From: Oculina patagonica | Taxonomy: Eukaryota | Length of the DNA stretch: 64,000 nt | Reading direction: 5' to 3' | Assembly (NCBI RefSeq): GCF_052425735.1 | Contig: NC_135762.1 | Coordinates: 23,374,001-23,438,000 of the forward strand | Shown here: one piece after another, positions 25,313 to 37,779 of the stretch | How the letters are laid out: each line of letters opens with the position of its first letter | Position numbering within the stretch: the stretch's first letter is position 1 | The notes under the pieces: model-generated | The model's database searches: none | The model's input: the letters and a program-made list of their open reading frames with translations, nothing else | Told to the model about the DNA's origin: nothing | Translations under genes and position numbers: made by a program

Positions 25313-27960
25313 AACGATTTTCGCTAAGTCACGACCGTTTGTAAAGGAAAGATTCTAAGACCTCCTAAGAGGGGAGGACCTCTTATGAGAACTTTTATAA
25401 AAAGATTGTAGCAATTGGATTGGAGATGCCGGATGATTTGGAGTCTTAAAGGCATCAGTAATGTTAAAGAAAGTAGCCCGTTAAGGCTGGAATTTTTTAT
25501 TAGGCTGCCCTGTGATCGCCTGACAAGAAGAAATCTCTCTTTTTAATCTAAATGCGAAACGCTTCAAAAGAATCCGCCTATTTACTTTTGAAATGGTTAG
25601 AACCTTATTAAAATTTGCCTTGTGACAACAATGGTATACAACTCGTTACATTTAGCAGCATTTGTTAGTGTTTTTTTGGACATTCTCATTAAAAAACGGT
25701 CTTCCAAGTTTTCCTATGCATTGCTACGTAAAGGTTTAAGGCAATTTGTCAGGCTATACAAAATCACATCTAATATGATTGGTGAAAGGAGTAACGCCAC
25801 ATCGACAAGAAAAAGATATGAATACTAGCACCACTTAAGATGAGAATTAAGATTATCACTAAATAGTTTGCGGCACAAATTTCTTTTACGAAATGTTTAG
25901 CTCGGAAAATGGGAGAAGCGTATTCAGGCCGGGCGACGGACATAGAAGTAGAACCTAACTGAAATATATATTTTTTTGCTGCACAAAAGGAAATTTCTTT
26001 TAAAAATTCAAAAGGCATAAAGGCGTAAAAATCATTCTTTGACCTCAAAGCAGTTGGTGAATTATCTAGACTAAAACGATTGCGAGTTGCCATGTTGCGA
26101 GTGAAAGATTTTGTAACTGCGGAATGTAATTCTTTTTTTGTTACATTTTCCCCGACTTTGGTCACAAAATCTCCAAGTCTAATGTCATAGCAGTGACCTG
26201 TAAGAAATTCCATGTGATTTATCGGCTAAATACTCAATACCTTACCTTAAATGTCTTCCAGCGCTTGCTGCAATCCTCTGCTTCCAGCTATGAAGAGTCA
26301 GGTCTGCGAGTGACGGAGAATTTTGAATTGAAGAATGCAAAACTCTCCTAGCCTGGTGTGTCCGATTCTCACCGTAACAAAATCCGCAATTTAGGAATAT
26401 CTCCAGATATACTCGAGTGCGTTTCCGCCAATAAGAAGTGGGGCAAATAGCTATCACTATTCCAAACTCTCACCGATATAACATTAACTAAAAGGTCTAT
26501 TACTATTAAGGCTCTATCACAAACTTACCTTGCGCCCGCTCGATGGTCTTGTTTAAGTTTTAAATTCTAAACCTTTTTCGCTTTTTACCGGCCTGTACTT
26601 CTTTCTTCCTAGTGGTTTGACTGTGTTCCTTCACGGATTGTCAAAAAAATGACCTGTTCGGGGTCAACCATGCAACAACGTCCGTTCGGCAATCGGATTA
26701 TCTCTTACCCGGCCAGGTATCAACTAATGTTCTGCTGGCTCAACAGGTCGCCAAATATTTTTAGGAAGTGTTTTCAGTTTTAAGTCTTTCTGGTTATAAC
26801 CAAGTCTCTATTTGTTACGGAAAGATTCCTGAATATTTATGGACGGGTGCAGATTGATTAGAAGCCTTCGTAGCAAAGACAGCTAATTTCTTTACACGGT
26901 ATATAACAACTGTAATAATATGTTAAGCAAAAATGTCAGGCATTTTTGCATTTTTTCAATAAACATTTATTAATTCAGTGATGATGAATGATAAAATAAT
27001 TCTCATACAGCCCTGACTGATTAGCCACCGGGCCAGTCTAACCAACGAGCTCTGAATGCCACAAACAGAAAAGACAAATCCTGATCAGTGATAATTGCTA
27101 TAGATCCCCAGTAGCTGTCTCTTTGTGTTGCGTTATGGCAAAAGCTCCAATTATGGTCACTACTGAATACCAAGTTTTCAAAACTGCCTTAAAATCCATA
27201 TAATAAGCCTGGTGCATTTTTTGGTTAAAATCTAATTTTCCGGTTGAGTCAATTTTGCAGGGGCTTTGGAAGTCATCTTTGCGTTTTAAAAGTAGTCAGG
27301 ATTGCATTAGGAAGAGACTATAAGGTGTGAAAAGTGTTTGTTGGATTAAGAATACTGCATAAAGATGTGAACACCAAACAAGTCAACGTCAGATAAACGT
27401 CAAAAGTTTCGGAAATATTATTGATGACATAAAATACAAACAGCCCTAACTGTAGAAGGATTTATAAAAGGAAGGGTTTTCATTGTTCTTTAAAGAGTTA
27501 AAGCAAATATATGGCCACGGTCTTACATTATTGGAAGGATTTTTGCGTCTAAGGTTTTGAGAGATTATTTTCAAGTAGGCTTATATCTAGCGGAGCTTAT
27601 TATGGGAATTTTACGTAATCATAGCTTTTGCAAATGGTTTTAATAGGCGTACTGTATTTGTCAGCAATGAAAGCAAGCCATGTATTTCCTTATGGATACT
27701 TCAAGGTCGCTGAGTCAGCTGAATATGTGCGGAAGCCATGCGGTTGCCAAATTTTTAGGACGATCTTTATTGTTGTGGTTTGGTGGGCATTAAAAACGGT
27801 GTAATCCGCGCCGCAGTCTAAGCTCATTGTAATCCGTCGACTTATTGACCGCATTTAGATGTTGTTTTTCCGTATTTCTGTCTTGCAGTCCAAATATCGG
27901 TTAAATACATGTGACATGTGATAACTAGGTCAATCTGTATTCAAGACAAATTGATACCCT

Positions 27961-28421
27961 GAGCGCTGGAACGGTCCTTCCCACTGGAAAATGTTTGGAA
28001 AATTGGAATACCTTCATCTTTTCTTGTTTTGTTTTTTACCGGAATGCTCGGAATATCACTGTATCATTTTTTCTGCATTATTACCACACTCCTCGATGAA
28101 GTACGCGGCTTTCCCGGTGGGATACGAAATAGCCTGCAGAACAGGCGGTTTATTTTGCGGGTCGAAGCGCGAAGTGCGAGTTTTTATTTTGCGGGTCGCG
28201 TGGGGGCGAGCGCGAAGCGCGTTTTTCCCTCGCTCTACGCCCCGCAAAAAATAAACCGCCTGTTCTGCAGGCTAGATACGAAATGGGACGGTCCTTTCCA
28301 CTAAAAAGTTTTCAAATAGTACACACTCGTCCCGTACAATTTTGGTTGTTGAAAAATTGTACTGTTCCATTTGCCGGTAAATTCTCACCGGTTTTTCCAA
28401 ACGGCAAATGGAAAGCCGACT
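27961..28421. mobile_element. Non-autonomous DNA element (gagcgc... / ...caaatggaaagccgactc type) interrupting the ~340-bp array
   Basis: Internal ggaacggtccttcccactggaaa / gggacggtcctttccact duplicates; the terminus resembles common coral Harbinger-like MITEs. Confidence 0.5.
28130..28274. mobile_element. Palindromic MITE (145 bp), 9-bp TSD GATACGAAA (Mutator-like TSD length)
   Basis: tagcctgcagaacaggcggtttatttt ... aaaataaaccgcctgttctgcaggcta; TSD at 28121-28129 and 28275-28283. Confidence 0.92.
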
Positions 28422-31400
28422 CCTAAGCTCTCATGCAGCCCACTTAACATTGAAAGAAAATGCCTGCTATTTTCAACAAAAAACTTTTTTGGTTAACAAC
28501 ATTCACTCAACCATCAACATAATCGGACAAGAACTGTTAAAAGGACAGTATTGCTTAAACAATATGCGGAAGTTTACGTGATCGTTGCTAAATAATTACG
28601 ATCATCAGAGTTATTTTTTGGCAGGATGAACAATAAAATGATGTAATTTCCTTTACTATAAATGCGTCAACTGATGCAAAGTACATACATGTGGTTTTTT
28701 TCCGTATCTCTGTTTTGCAGTCCAAATTTCGGATAAACTTGTGTAACGACAGGGTCGATCTGTGATTTTGTAGGCGCCCAAAGGCTTACAAAAACACTAA
28801 AAGAACATGCTTGCCACTTTCACCAAAACTTTTTGCCCACAGTTATCGAAATACTGCGGACAACACTTAAAAGTACAAAATTTTTCAGACGATCATGATG
28901 AGAAGGTATACCTGTTCGTTGCCAAAAAGGTTAAGGTCATCAGAGTTTTTTTTGGCAGGGTGAAGAATAAGATGTAAACTCCGTCACTGTAATTGCGTCA
29001 ACTGATACATGAGTACATACAATACATACATGTTGTTTTTCCGTATTACTGTTTCGACGTCCAAATTTCGGTTAAATACATGTGTGACGGCTCAGTGGGT
29101 CGATCTGTGGTCAAGACGAATTAAAGAAGGCTTCCCAAACGCCTACAAAAATGACTGAAAGAACATGCTTGCCACTTTCAACAAAACTGTTCATAGTTAG
29201 TTATCGAAAAAATCCGGACAACTTTTAAGACTTTTAAAAGTACATTGTCGAGACAATCATAATGCGGAAGTGCAAATATTCTTTGCCAAATAATTACGGT
29301 GATCAGAGTTTTTTTTTTTTTTGAGAGGGTGTAACCTCTGCTCCTGTAAATGCGTCAACCGCATGAGTGTGTACATGTTGTTTTTCCGTGTTTCAACCTC
29401 GCAGTCTAAATTTCGGTTAAATACATGTGTGATCTGCAGGGTTAAGACCCGAAGTACTACCCAAACGTCTACAAAACACTAAACGAACATGCTTGCCCTT
29501 TCAACAAAGCCTATATGGTCAGTTATCGACGAAAAAAAAACGGACGACTCTTAAAAGTACAACATTGTAGGGACAATCATGATGTGGAAGTCATGCCAAA
29601 TGATAACGATCATCGAAATTTTGGGCTGGGTGTAATCTCCGAGGTTACTGTACTGAAATGCGTCAATTGCACGAGTGTGTGCATGTGGTATTTCCGTATT
29701 TCAGTCCATGGGGTTTAAAAATACCAAAAAATCAGGTCGTATTATAGTTAATTAGTCGGTGATCTCAATTTTAAAGTATTTCCGTGGCACTATGGCTTTG
29801 TTTCTGACACTGAGGGGAAGTTTAGTCGTGTTACCAACAGCAGAAACCATTCACCAAGACACCCATGTATGCAATTTTCACGAGGAGCTGCGCGTATGCT
29901 CCGGTTGTGATGGATCTGTTGTTACTATTTGCTTTGTCACTAGACTTACTTAAACTTACATGCATGCAAGTTCAATTCGCTGGTATGCAAATACACACCA
30001 AAACAAAATTCAGAAAAATAAGGACATATTGGATACGAAATGGGACGGTCCTTTCCACTAAAAAGTTTTCAAATAGTACACACTCGTCCCGTACAATTTT
30101 GGTTGTTGAAAAATTGTACTGTTCCATTTGCCGGTAAATTCTCACCGGTTTTTCCAAACGGCAAATGGAAAGCCGACTCCTAAGCTCTCATGCAGCCCAC
30201 TTAACATTGAAAGAAAATGCCTATTTTCAACAAAAAACTTTTTAGGTTAAAAACATTCACTCAACCATTTAAAACATAATCGGACAAGAACTGTTAAAAG
30301 GACAGTATTGCTTAAACAATATGCGGAAGTTTACGTGATCGTTGCTAAATAATTACGATCATCAGAGTTATTTTTTGGCAGGATGAACAATAAAATGATG
30401 TAATTTCCTTTACTATAAATGCGTCAACTGATGCAAAGTACATACATGTGGTTTTTTCCGTATCTCTGTTTTGCAGTCCAAATTTCGGATAAACTTGTGT
30501 AACGACAGGGTCGATCTGTGATTTTGTAGGCGCCCAAAAGGCTTACAAAAACACTAAAAGAACATGCTTGCCACTTTCACCAAAACGTTTTGCCCTCAGT
30601 TATCGAAATACTGCGGACAACACTTACAAGTACAAAATTGTTCAGACGATCATGATGAGAAGGTATACCTGTTCGTTGCCAAAAAGGTTAAGGTCATCAG
30701 AGTTTTTTTTGGCAGGGTGAAGAATAAGATGTAAACTCCGTCACTGTAATTGCGTCAACTGATACATGAGTACATACAATACATACATGTTGTTTTTCCG
30801 TATTTCTGTTTCGACGTCCAAATTTCGGTTAAATACATGTGTGACGGCTCAGTGGGTCGATCTGTGGTCAAGACGAATTAAAGAAGGCTTCCCAAACGCC
30901 TACAAAACTGACTGAAAGAACATGCTTGCCACTTTCAACAAAACTGTTCATAGTTAGTTATCGAAAAAATCCGGACAACTTTTAAGACTTTTAAAAGTAC
31001 ATGTCGAGACAATCATAATGCGGAAGTGCAAATATTCTTTGCCAAATAATTACGGTGATCAGAGTTTGTTTTTTTTTTTTTGAAAGGGTGTAACCTCTGC
31101 TACTGTAAATGCGTCAACCGCATGAGTGTGTACATGTTGTTTTTCCGTGTTTCAACCTCGCAGTCTAAATTTCGGTTAAATACATGTGTGATCTGCAGGG
31201 TTAAGACCCGAAGTACTCCCCAAACGTCTACAAAACACTAAACGAACATGCTTGCCCTTTCAACAAAACTTTATATGGTCAGTTATCGACGAAAAAAAAA
31301 CGGACGACTCTTAAAAGTACAACATTGTAGGGACAATCATGATGTGGAAGTCATGCCAAATGATAACGATCATCGAAATTTTGGGCTGGGTGTAATCTCC

Positions 31401-31774
31401 GAGGTTACTGTACTGAAATGCGTCAATTGCACGAGTGTGTGCATGTGGTATTTCCGTATTTCAGTCCATGGGGTTATAAAAATACCGTAACCGGTCGTAA
31501 CATAGTTTAGTTAGTTCGTGATCTCATTCTTAAAGTATTTTGCAGTTTCCGTGGTGCTCTGGCTTTGTGTCAGACACTGAGGGGACGTTTAGTCGTGTTA
31601 CCAACAACAGAAACCATCCACGAGGAGCTGCGCATATGCTCTGGTTGTAATGAATCTGTTGTTACTGATTACTTTGTCACTAGACTTACTTGAAACTTAC
31701 ATGCATGCAAGTTCAATTCGCTGGTATGCAAATACACACCAAAACAAAAATCAGAAAAATAAGGACATCTTGGA
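28275..31774 (+). repeat. 1757-bp direct tandem duplication built on a degenerate ~320-360-bp monomer array
   Basis: Copies start at 28275 and 30032. Monomer anchor gaacatgcttgcc at 28803, 29161, 29485 and 30560, 30918, 31244; a further monomer near 27850. Confidence 0.95.
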
Positions 31775-31879
31775 CATTTTGCTTTCACCATCAAGTTTCC
31801 ATCTAGATCGAAACATACGTATGAGGTTAAATTCGAGAGGATAGAACCACCTTAACCTATCTTGTGGATCCGACCATGC

Positions 31880-32760
31880 ACGTGTGCGATGTGCGGGAGA
31901 TCCTGAGTTCAAATCCTCCTCCCTGTCACTAAACAGGCGCGTAGGAGGGGGGTTCGAGGGGCTCGAACGAACCCCCTTTGGAGGTCAATAATGGAGGAAT
32001 GAAAACACAATTGTTGATTTTCAGCTTTTGGCAAATAGTGGGGGAATGAAAAACAAACTTTGAATGTTGCAGCTTTTAAATTAACCTGCACGAAACCGGT
32101 AAAAGTATCGGGAAAGTATTACATTGTTAAGAGAATGGGCTCTCCCATCTTTCTCAAGCATATTAAGTATGATACACATGTCGATCTGGACGAAATTGTC
32201 AATCTATTTCAAGGCCTCCACCCGAGGATGATGCAATTGTCAAGTTTGCTTCACGAATAGTCCTGTAGTGAATGACGGTAAGTAAGTGGCCTCAATATAT
32301 CCTAGTGACCTAGTATTATATGTAGTCAAAATAATCCCGTCGTTGAAAAATATTTCCTTAACAAGCGTTCGGGATTTGATAAATGGAGTATCAATAGACG
32401 ACCTGTTATTTTACACTCCATCGAGTTTGAAATATTGACGTGTACAATGCTGAAAATAGCATTTCCGGGCCTCTAGATTTCAAAATATTCTGGGGGGACA
32501 TGCTACCAGACCCCCTGGAGGCTCGCGCCTTCGGCGCTCGTATTTAATAACCCCCTTATAAATATTCCTGTCAATACGAACACCCTTCCAAAAACCCCAG
32601 CTACGCGCCTGCTAAATAGGTTTGTGTTGGATGGCCCCGATTCAACTACTCCACACTTTTTTAATAGCCAACTGGTCAGCCTGCAGCTTTGGGATTTTTA
32701 ACAAGTTTCCGTTCTATTTTCAATATTTGTTTGCTTTATTTACGGTGCTAACTACAAGGT
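31880..32760 (+). mobile_element. tRNA-derived SINE, split by a hAT element
   Basis: B-box-like gagttcaaatcc (~31904-31915); the body resumes after the insertion with taggtttgtg...aatagccaactggtcagcctgc...gggattttta. Confidence 0.65.
31934..32611 (+). mobile_element. Internally deleted hAT element (678 bp), 5-bp TSD CTAAA, retaining the transposase C-terminus
   Basis: Perfect TIR caggcgcgtag / ctacgcgcctg; ctaaa at 31929-31933 and 32612-32616. Peptide HIKYDTHVDLDEIVNLFQGLHPRMMQL resembles the end of hAT dimerisation domains. Confidence 0.85.
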
Positions 32761-34405
32761 ATTCATTTTGAGCGGGAATGGCCAGAGAGACCACGAAATA
32801 AGAAACTTGGACTGGACTTACGGAAGATCCGCAATGAGGGATAAACCAATATCAATGGAAAAATTTTTTTCCTTGTTTTTCCTTGTTATTCTTTAATATA
32901 TCGTTGTTAAAACCTTTTCTTTGATCCTAGACCAGCGGTCAAACAAGGGAGCAACGGGCCTTGGGTACGAAATTATTTCGTTGTGATACACATGCTTGAC
33001 ATAATTCCCATGCATGAGTTTCTTTTTTAGCAGCATTATACTCGGTAAAAGCTTTTTCATATCACCTGGCAACCCAATTTGATTTTGTTGACAATTAAAA
33101 CATGTAAGCCAGTAAATCGAAGTCGTGCTATTTGTCAAAAAAGCTTATTATCTTTTAATGAATTGATTAACCAACTGAAAAAGTTCCTGTTGATTTGAGC
33201 AATATGACAAAGGCCAGAATTAATGGCACACCCACCCACATCCAGTCGAAACATAATCAATTCGACTCATCCTCGGTGTAAGAACCTTTGAAAATCACAA
33301 GTTATGTAAACCAAAGAATGATCAAGACAAGAAAACTTAAAAACATATAGAGCAAGAAAACAATAGCTCCAAAACAAAGTGGGTCCGGCCAGGTTCTTCA
33401 TCTTATCAGGTTTCAAATGCAAACAGTATTCAAATTTTTAAGCAATCAGTAAAGGTACTCGTTTGTTCGATCGATTGGATTTCAGGTATTTTTATAATTA
33501 TCTTGTTGATAAAAACTTCAATACGCCATTATAGATAGCTACTGAAGTTTTGTCTTGAAAGCAACATTTTCCTTTAGTTTCAACGCTTATCATCATTATT
33601 ATTTTTACTTTGTTTAGGCATGGACAATTAAAAGCAAATAAAAGCTGTATTCTATTCTCAGCGTTGGATCTTTCTCTGAAGCAACGACTATAGGGTCACT
33701 TTTGTTTCCTTCAAAATAATCTTGGTTTTGGAGGAGCTAGATTTTTCATACTGACAAGAACAGATGCTTCCCAGATGAATCAAAGCGAGAAAAAGCGGTG
33801 CCACAATAACTTCCAGTGTTTTCGCTGTCACCATAACCCTAACCCTAACCTGACAACCTCATCAGTTCGGTTGAGTGCTAATGGGGTGTAAATAAGGAAG
33901 ATAAACTTCAAACAAAAGAGGTTACACTTCACAGCCAATAATAACAAAACAGAGTGATCTCTCTATCATAACACAGTGCGGAATATCATTTGTGATGTGA
34001 TAAAATGGTGCTAAGTTACTGACAAAAGTATTCAGTTTCTAGTGTTGATGAATCGCAATCTTTTTTGGTAATATAATCCAAATAGAAAAACACTAAAAGC
34101 TATTGTTTATTGCAGTGACCTTAAAAACACGTTGCCATCAATAACATATACTTCTTTTTGTGAGTACGTCAACGCCTGGAATAGCACCGGAATGTTTTTG
34201 GACACGTACACTACACAATCAAGAGAGGATAAGGGGTCCTCTCTTGACACAATTCAATAGTTGAACCAAGTTCATCAACATCCTACTAAAATATTAGACT
34301 AATATTGTTATTTGGAATTTTCTTCCTTTAAAGACTGGGACTGATAAAAGGTCATAAAAGTGTGCTCACTGCAGCTTTCTTAATTACAAACTTGTATCAC
34401 TACAG

Positions 34406-35016
34406 TTCTCGCACTGTGAAAACCATTTGTTAGATACGCTCTGGGTACATGTATACAGTCTATACAACTTATCGTACGGAGTAGGGCATGGAGTTCCGGT
34501 GATGTGGTCTGGTCTTTGCCCATTGTATTGTGAAATGCTCGGAGATATTAGCTGTATAAGCTACTCTAAATAAAGGAGGTAAATAAAACTGATGTGGATA
34601 CAACACAAGATATACAGCCAAACAGAATTTTTATAAGTATAGAGTAAACACTAACGTAGGAAAGCAATCCGTCACTTTCATGGCAATTGATATTTGGAAA
34701 GACCTTCCATCTTCATTGAAAGACTTAAGTGTGTTAGCATTTCCCAAGCAAACAAAACGTTACCTCCTGTCAGAACAAAAACTAAATTGATTTTCCATTA
34801 AACTAAGTTTGTAAATTCGTAAGTCCTCTTCCCTATTGTTTCTTATATATTAATCACCTGCTTTTTATACTATTTATAACATTAATTGTACGGGGAGCTA
34901 ACTTGAAAACTTACCGGTTCATTTAGCTCCCCAGCTCAATACTTAATTAACTACAAATTCCTGTAATACCTTATTTCTATTTTATTAAGAATACGAAAAA
35001 AACTGAGCTGAATAAA

Positions 35017-35075
<59 letters not shown>

Positions 35076-35443
35076 GTGCCTAGATTTATTGGTTGAATAA
35101 TAGTATCTTTTCACGATCACTTTCTCCATTAATCCTAACAGTGTGGTACAAGGACTGTTTTACACACATAAAGCTAGTTAATATTTTCGTCTTTATAGGA
35201 AGGTTGTTTTTATTGTATTTTTTTTTTAATTTTACGATTTTAGTATACCATCCTACGGAGCAAATCGACGTACTAGTAGTTTTAGGCATTACGTTCAGGC
35301 ATGTACACCCGATGGTTTTAAAAATGGTGGCTCGCTCTCCACAAGTCCCTCCAAGTGTAAAGGCTTCCACACACAAGGCGGGGAATATAGGATTATTTCT
35401 GCTTTTCGGCATTGTACAGTGGTTGAAGAACATCTTTATATAA
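34406..35443 (+). pseudogene. Possible decayed Ly6/three-finger-like GPI-anchored protein gene (two exon-like blocks flanking a LINE)
   Basis: Acceptor ctacag (34405), donor gag|gtaaat (~34578), acceptor ttttacgattttag (35244). Fragments HCIVKCSEILAV, ACTPDGFKNGG and the hydrophobic tail NIGLFLLFGIVQWLKNIFI* lie in different frames. Confidence 0.25.
34597..35073 (+). mobile_element. 5'-truncated LINE (CR1/L2 group) with (ATT)n tail
   Basis: YNTRYTAKQNF...GKQSVTFMAIDIWKDLPSSLK...FPKQTKRYLL; 3'UTR hairpin ggggagctaa/ttagctcccc; aataaa followed by (ATT)n; candidate TSD atgtg at 34592 and 35074. Confidence 0.88.
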
Positions 35444-37535
35444 TTAGCTAGGATGTCAAGACGAGCGTGACTAACTAGCCCTCCTACCACGACCGAAACA
35501 AAAACATGTCGAACCTCTGATCTCGTTTTAAAGCAGCGTTAATTATGATATCGTTTCAATTTCCATCATTGTCAGTTTTTCGCCGGGGACCGCATTGTTC
35601 TTTGCGTGGTGTATCCAGTGTATAAACTACCCGTGCTTCAGATTCAACGACAAAATAACTCCACGTAATCTGTTAATCGGATCATTTTATAGTGAGAAGT
35701 GTTTTCGCTGTAAATAAGTCAGGATTTTATGAGCTGATATGGTGTAACGAATTATTAACCGCAACTATTTTGACTGGTTCCACAGTCTTTGATAAAATGA
35801 ACAGCAAATTCTAATCAGATGCTATAGGGTGTATCTTGTTAACAGATCATGAATTTCTGTTGTGAAAAATGTCCTTGTTTTCTTGTGATAATCAGTTACC
35901 GGTATAACATAAGCCGAACTTGATAATACAACTGACTTTACCAAATTAGAAGCTGAAGGAGCTGCATAAATTGATCTCGTATAAATTTAAAGTTCTGAAT
36001 GTATCAACGTCCCTTTATCGTTTGCGCATATCACATCAGTTTTATCGTGGCTAAAATTCTGTCAGAATGAAACTTATGTCACTGATAGTAGGTCGCTGTT
36101 TTTTAATTCCAGAATTGTCTACTGAATAGAAAAAAAGGCGAGAGAAGACAATGGCTCATAAAAACTTGGGAGCAGAAATGACAGAAGCTGGGGGAAGCGT
36201 AGTTTTCGCTCTTTAGTTTCTTTGGCTCCCGTTTTCGCTTATAGCTCGGCAATTTTTGAGATAGGACCTTCGTGCTTTTAGTTGTTTATCGACTCCAAAG
36301 CCGGCGGCCACACAGCGGCTAGCACAGTAAAAGTACTTGTAAGCGAGTCTACACGCCAAACAATGTACGCCAAGTTTGCGATCATGGTAGCACAGGGAAG
36401 CGCCAACGAACTTTGTCGCATTTAAGTCCTTTTGACTTACCTTGAACTTAGCTTTGAATGTCCGGGCAGTGGCGACAAAATAATTCTTTTACAGGCCTGG
36501 AACTCTGTAGCAGGAATGAAACTCAACTAGCTTTAACTGAAAGCAAACAAGACCGTGCATGAAGGTCTGACTTACGTCAGGTACAACTTAACAAAACCGG
36601 AAACCACTCTTAGGTTTCAAACAGTTCTTCAACGGGCTGTAATAAGTATTTCCTGTTTTTGAAAGGGCTAGACTTTTGTTTATCCATTAGGAAAACGACT
36701 AAAAACTGTAAAAACATCAGTGTCTTTGTGCCGACAATTTAAGGTCACCAACACAAAACCTTTTAGACCCATCTCCTACACATCCCGTATAAAGCTTGAG
36801 AATTTCTCCAAATCTAGGGAAAAGTGACGAAAAAGGGCAACTCGCTTTTGAAAGAAGTGAGCATGGACTTACAATGGTTTATCCGTGAGACTTCAGCGGC
36901 TAGATTCTCCGAGTTCGGTGCAGTTTCGTCACGTTACTCACGAGTCGACGAGTGGACTTTTAGCACATACAGAATCAATCACGAGATGAAAATGAACTGG
37001 GCTTCGTGGGGTAGGATAAACTGTCTTTTTTTCGATCAAAATCAAAGTGAAATCTGAACAAATGATGTCAGTTTATTCAGCATTCCACTGTGGTACAGAG
37101 TAAACGCGTGATAACGATCACGTGGCGATAAGGAAAGCAAACACAAAGCCAAAAACAAGTTGACTTAAAAGGGCAGCATTGTTGAAGTCATAAAATCAGT
37201 AAATAGGAGGGCCAAACCATGGGCAATCCAACACTGACCGATCAGAAACAAATTAACCTGGTGCTTGCGGGGCACAACCCTTGGATACTCAGTTACCTGT
37301 TAAATGGGCTGCGTCACGGTGATTCAGTGTTGTTATTTTTTATTACTCCTCTTTGAATCTATAAACTTGCCGTTGTTAGCACTCGAGCAATGAGATTTTA
37401 TCTGTTGACGCCACGGCTAGCCTAGTTTTGTGCTGTAGTCCTCTAGCCGGGGAATGTTTTTCTACTTACCTGCAGATGTCAAAAGTGCATCTACACAACT
37501 CTACTATCAGTCTCGGGAAGGAGACTGGAAAAATA

Positions 37536-37779
37536 AGGGATGGACCATCATTTTTTGGGGGGGAGGGGGTTGGACACACTTTTCTGAGTAAGATTTTTTC
37601 AGCATTGGTATTCGCAAGAATTTTCTTTATCAGCATAGCCCTCTGCAAGATTTTGTTTTTGCACCATCCATCTTTAACGGTTGGGGCCAATGCTTGATTT
37701 TTTTTCTCCAACTTTTCTTTTGCAAGAATTTTTTTTGGTAATTGCCCAACTTCCCCTCAAAAAATAATGGCCCGTCCCT
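37536..37779. mobile_element. MITE (~245 bp) with TA flanks
   Basis: ta|agggatggaccatcatttttt ... aaaaataatggcccgtccct|ta. Confidence 0.75.

Noticed and set aside
25770-26560. Minus-strand ORFs and GTAAG donors; EDCSKRWKTFK resembles a Myb/SANT helix
   Set aside because: Multiple stops and no coherent gene model; at most a TE remnant.
29515-31490. Twin ORFs MVSYRRKKNG... as duplicated genes
   Set aside because: By-product of the recent 1757-bp duplication; the frame is not kept in the other monomers.
28275-31774. Regularly spaced conserved motifs as a CRISPR-like array
   Set aside because: The intervening sequences are homologous to each other, the period is ~340 bp, there are no cas genes and the context is eukaryotic.
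33834-33850. Interstitial telomere (taaccc repeats)
   Set aside because: Fewer than three units; too short to be meaningful.
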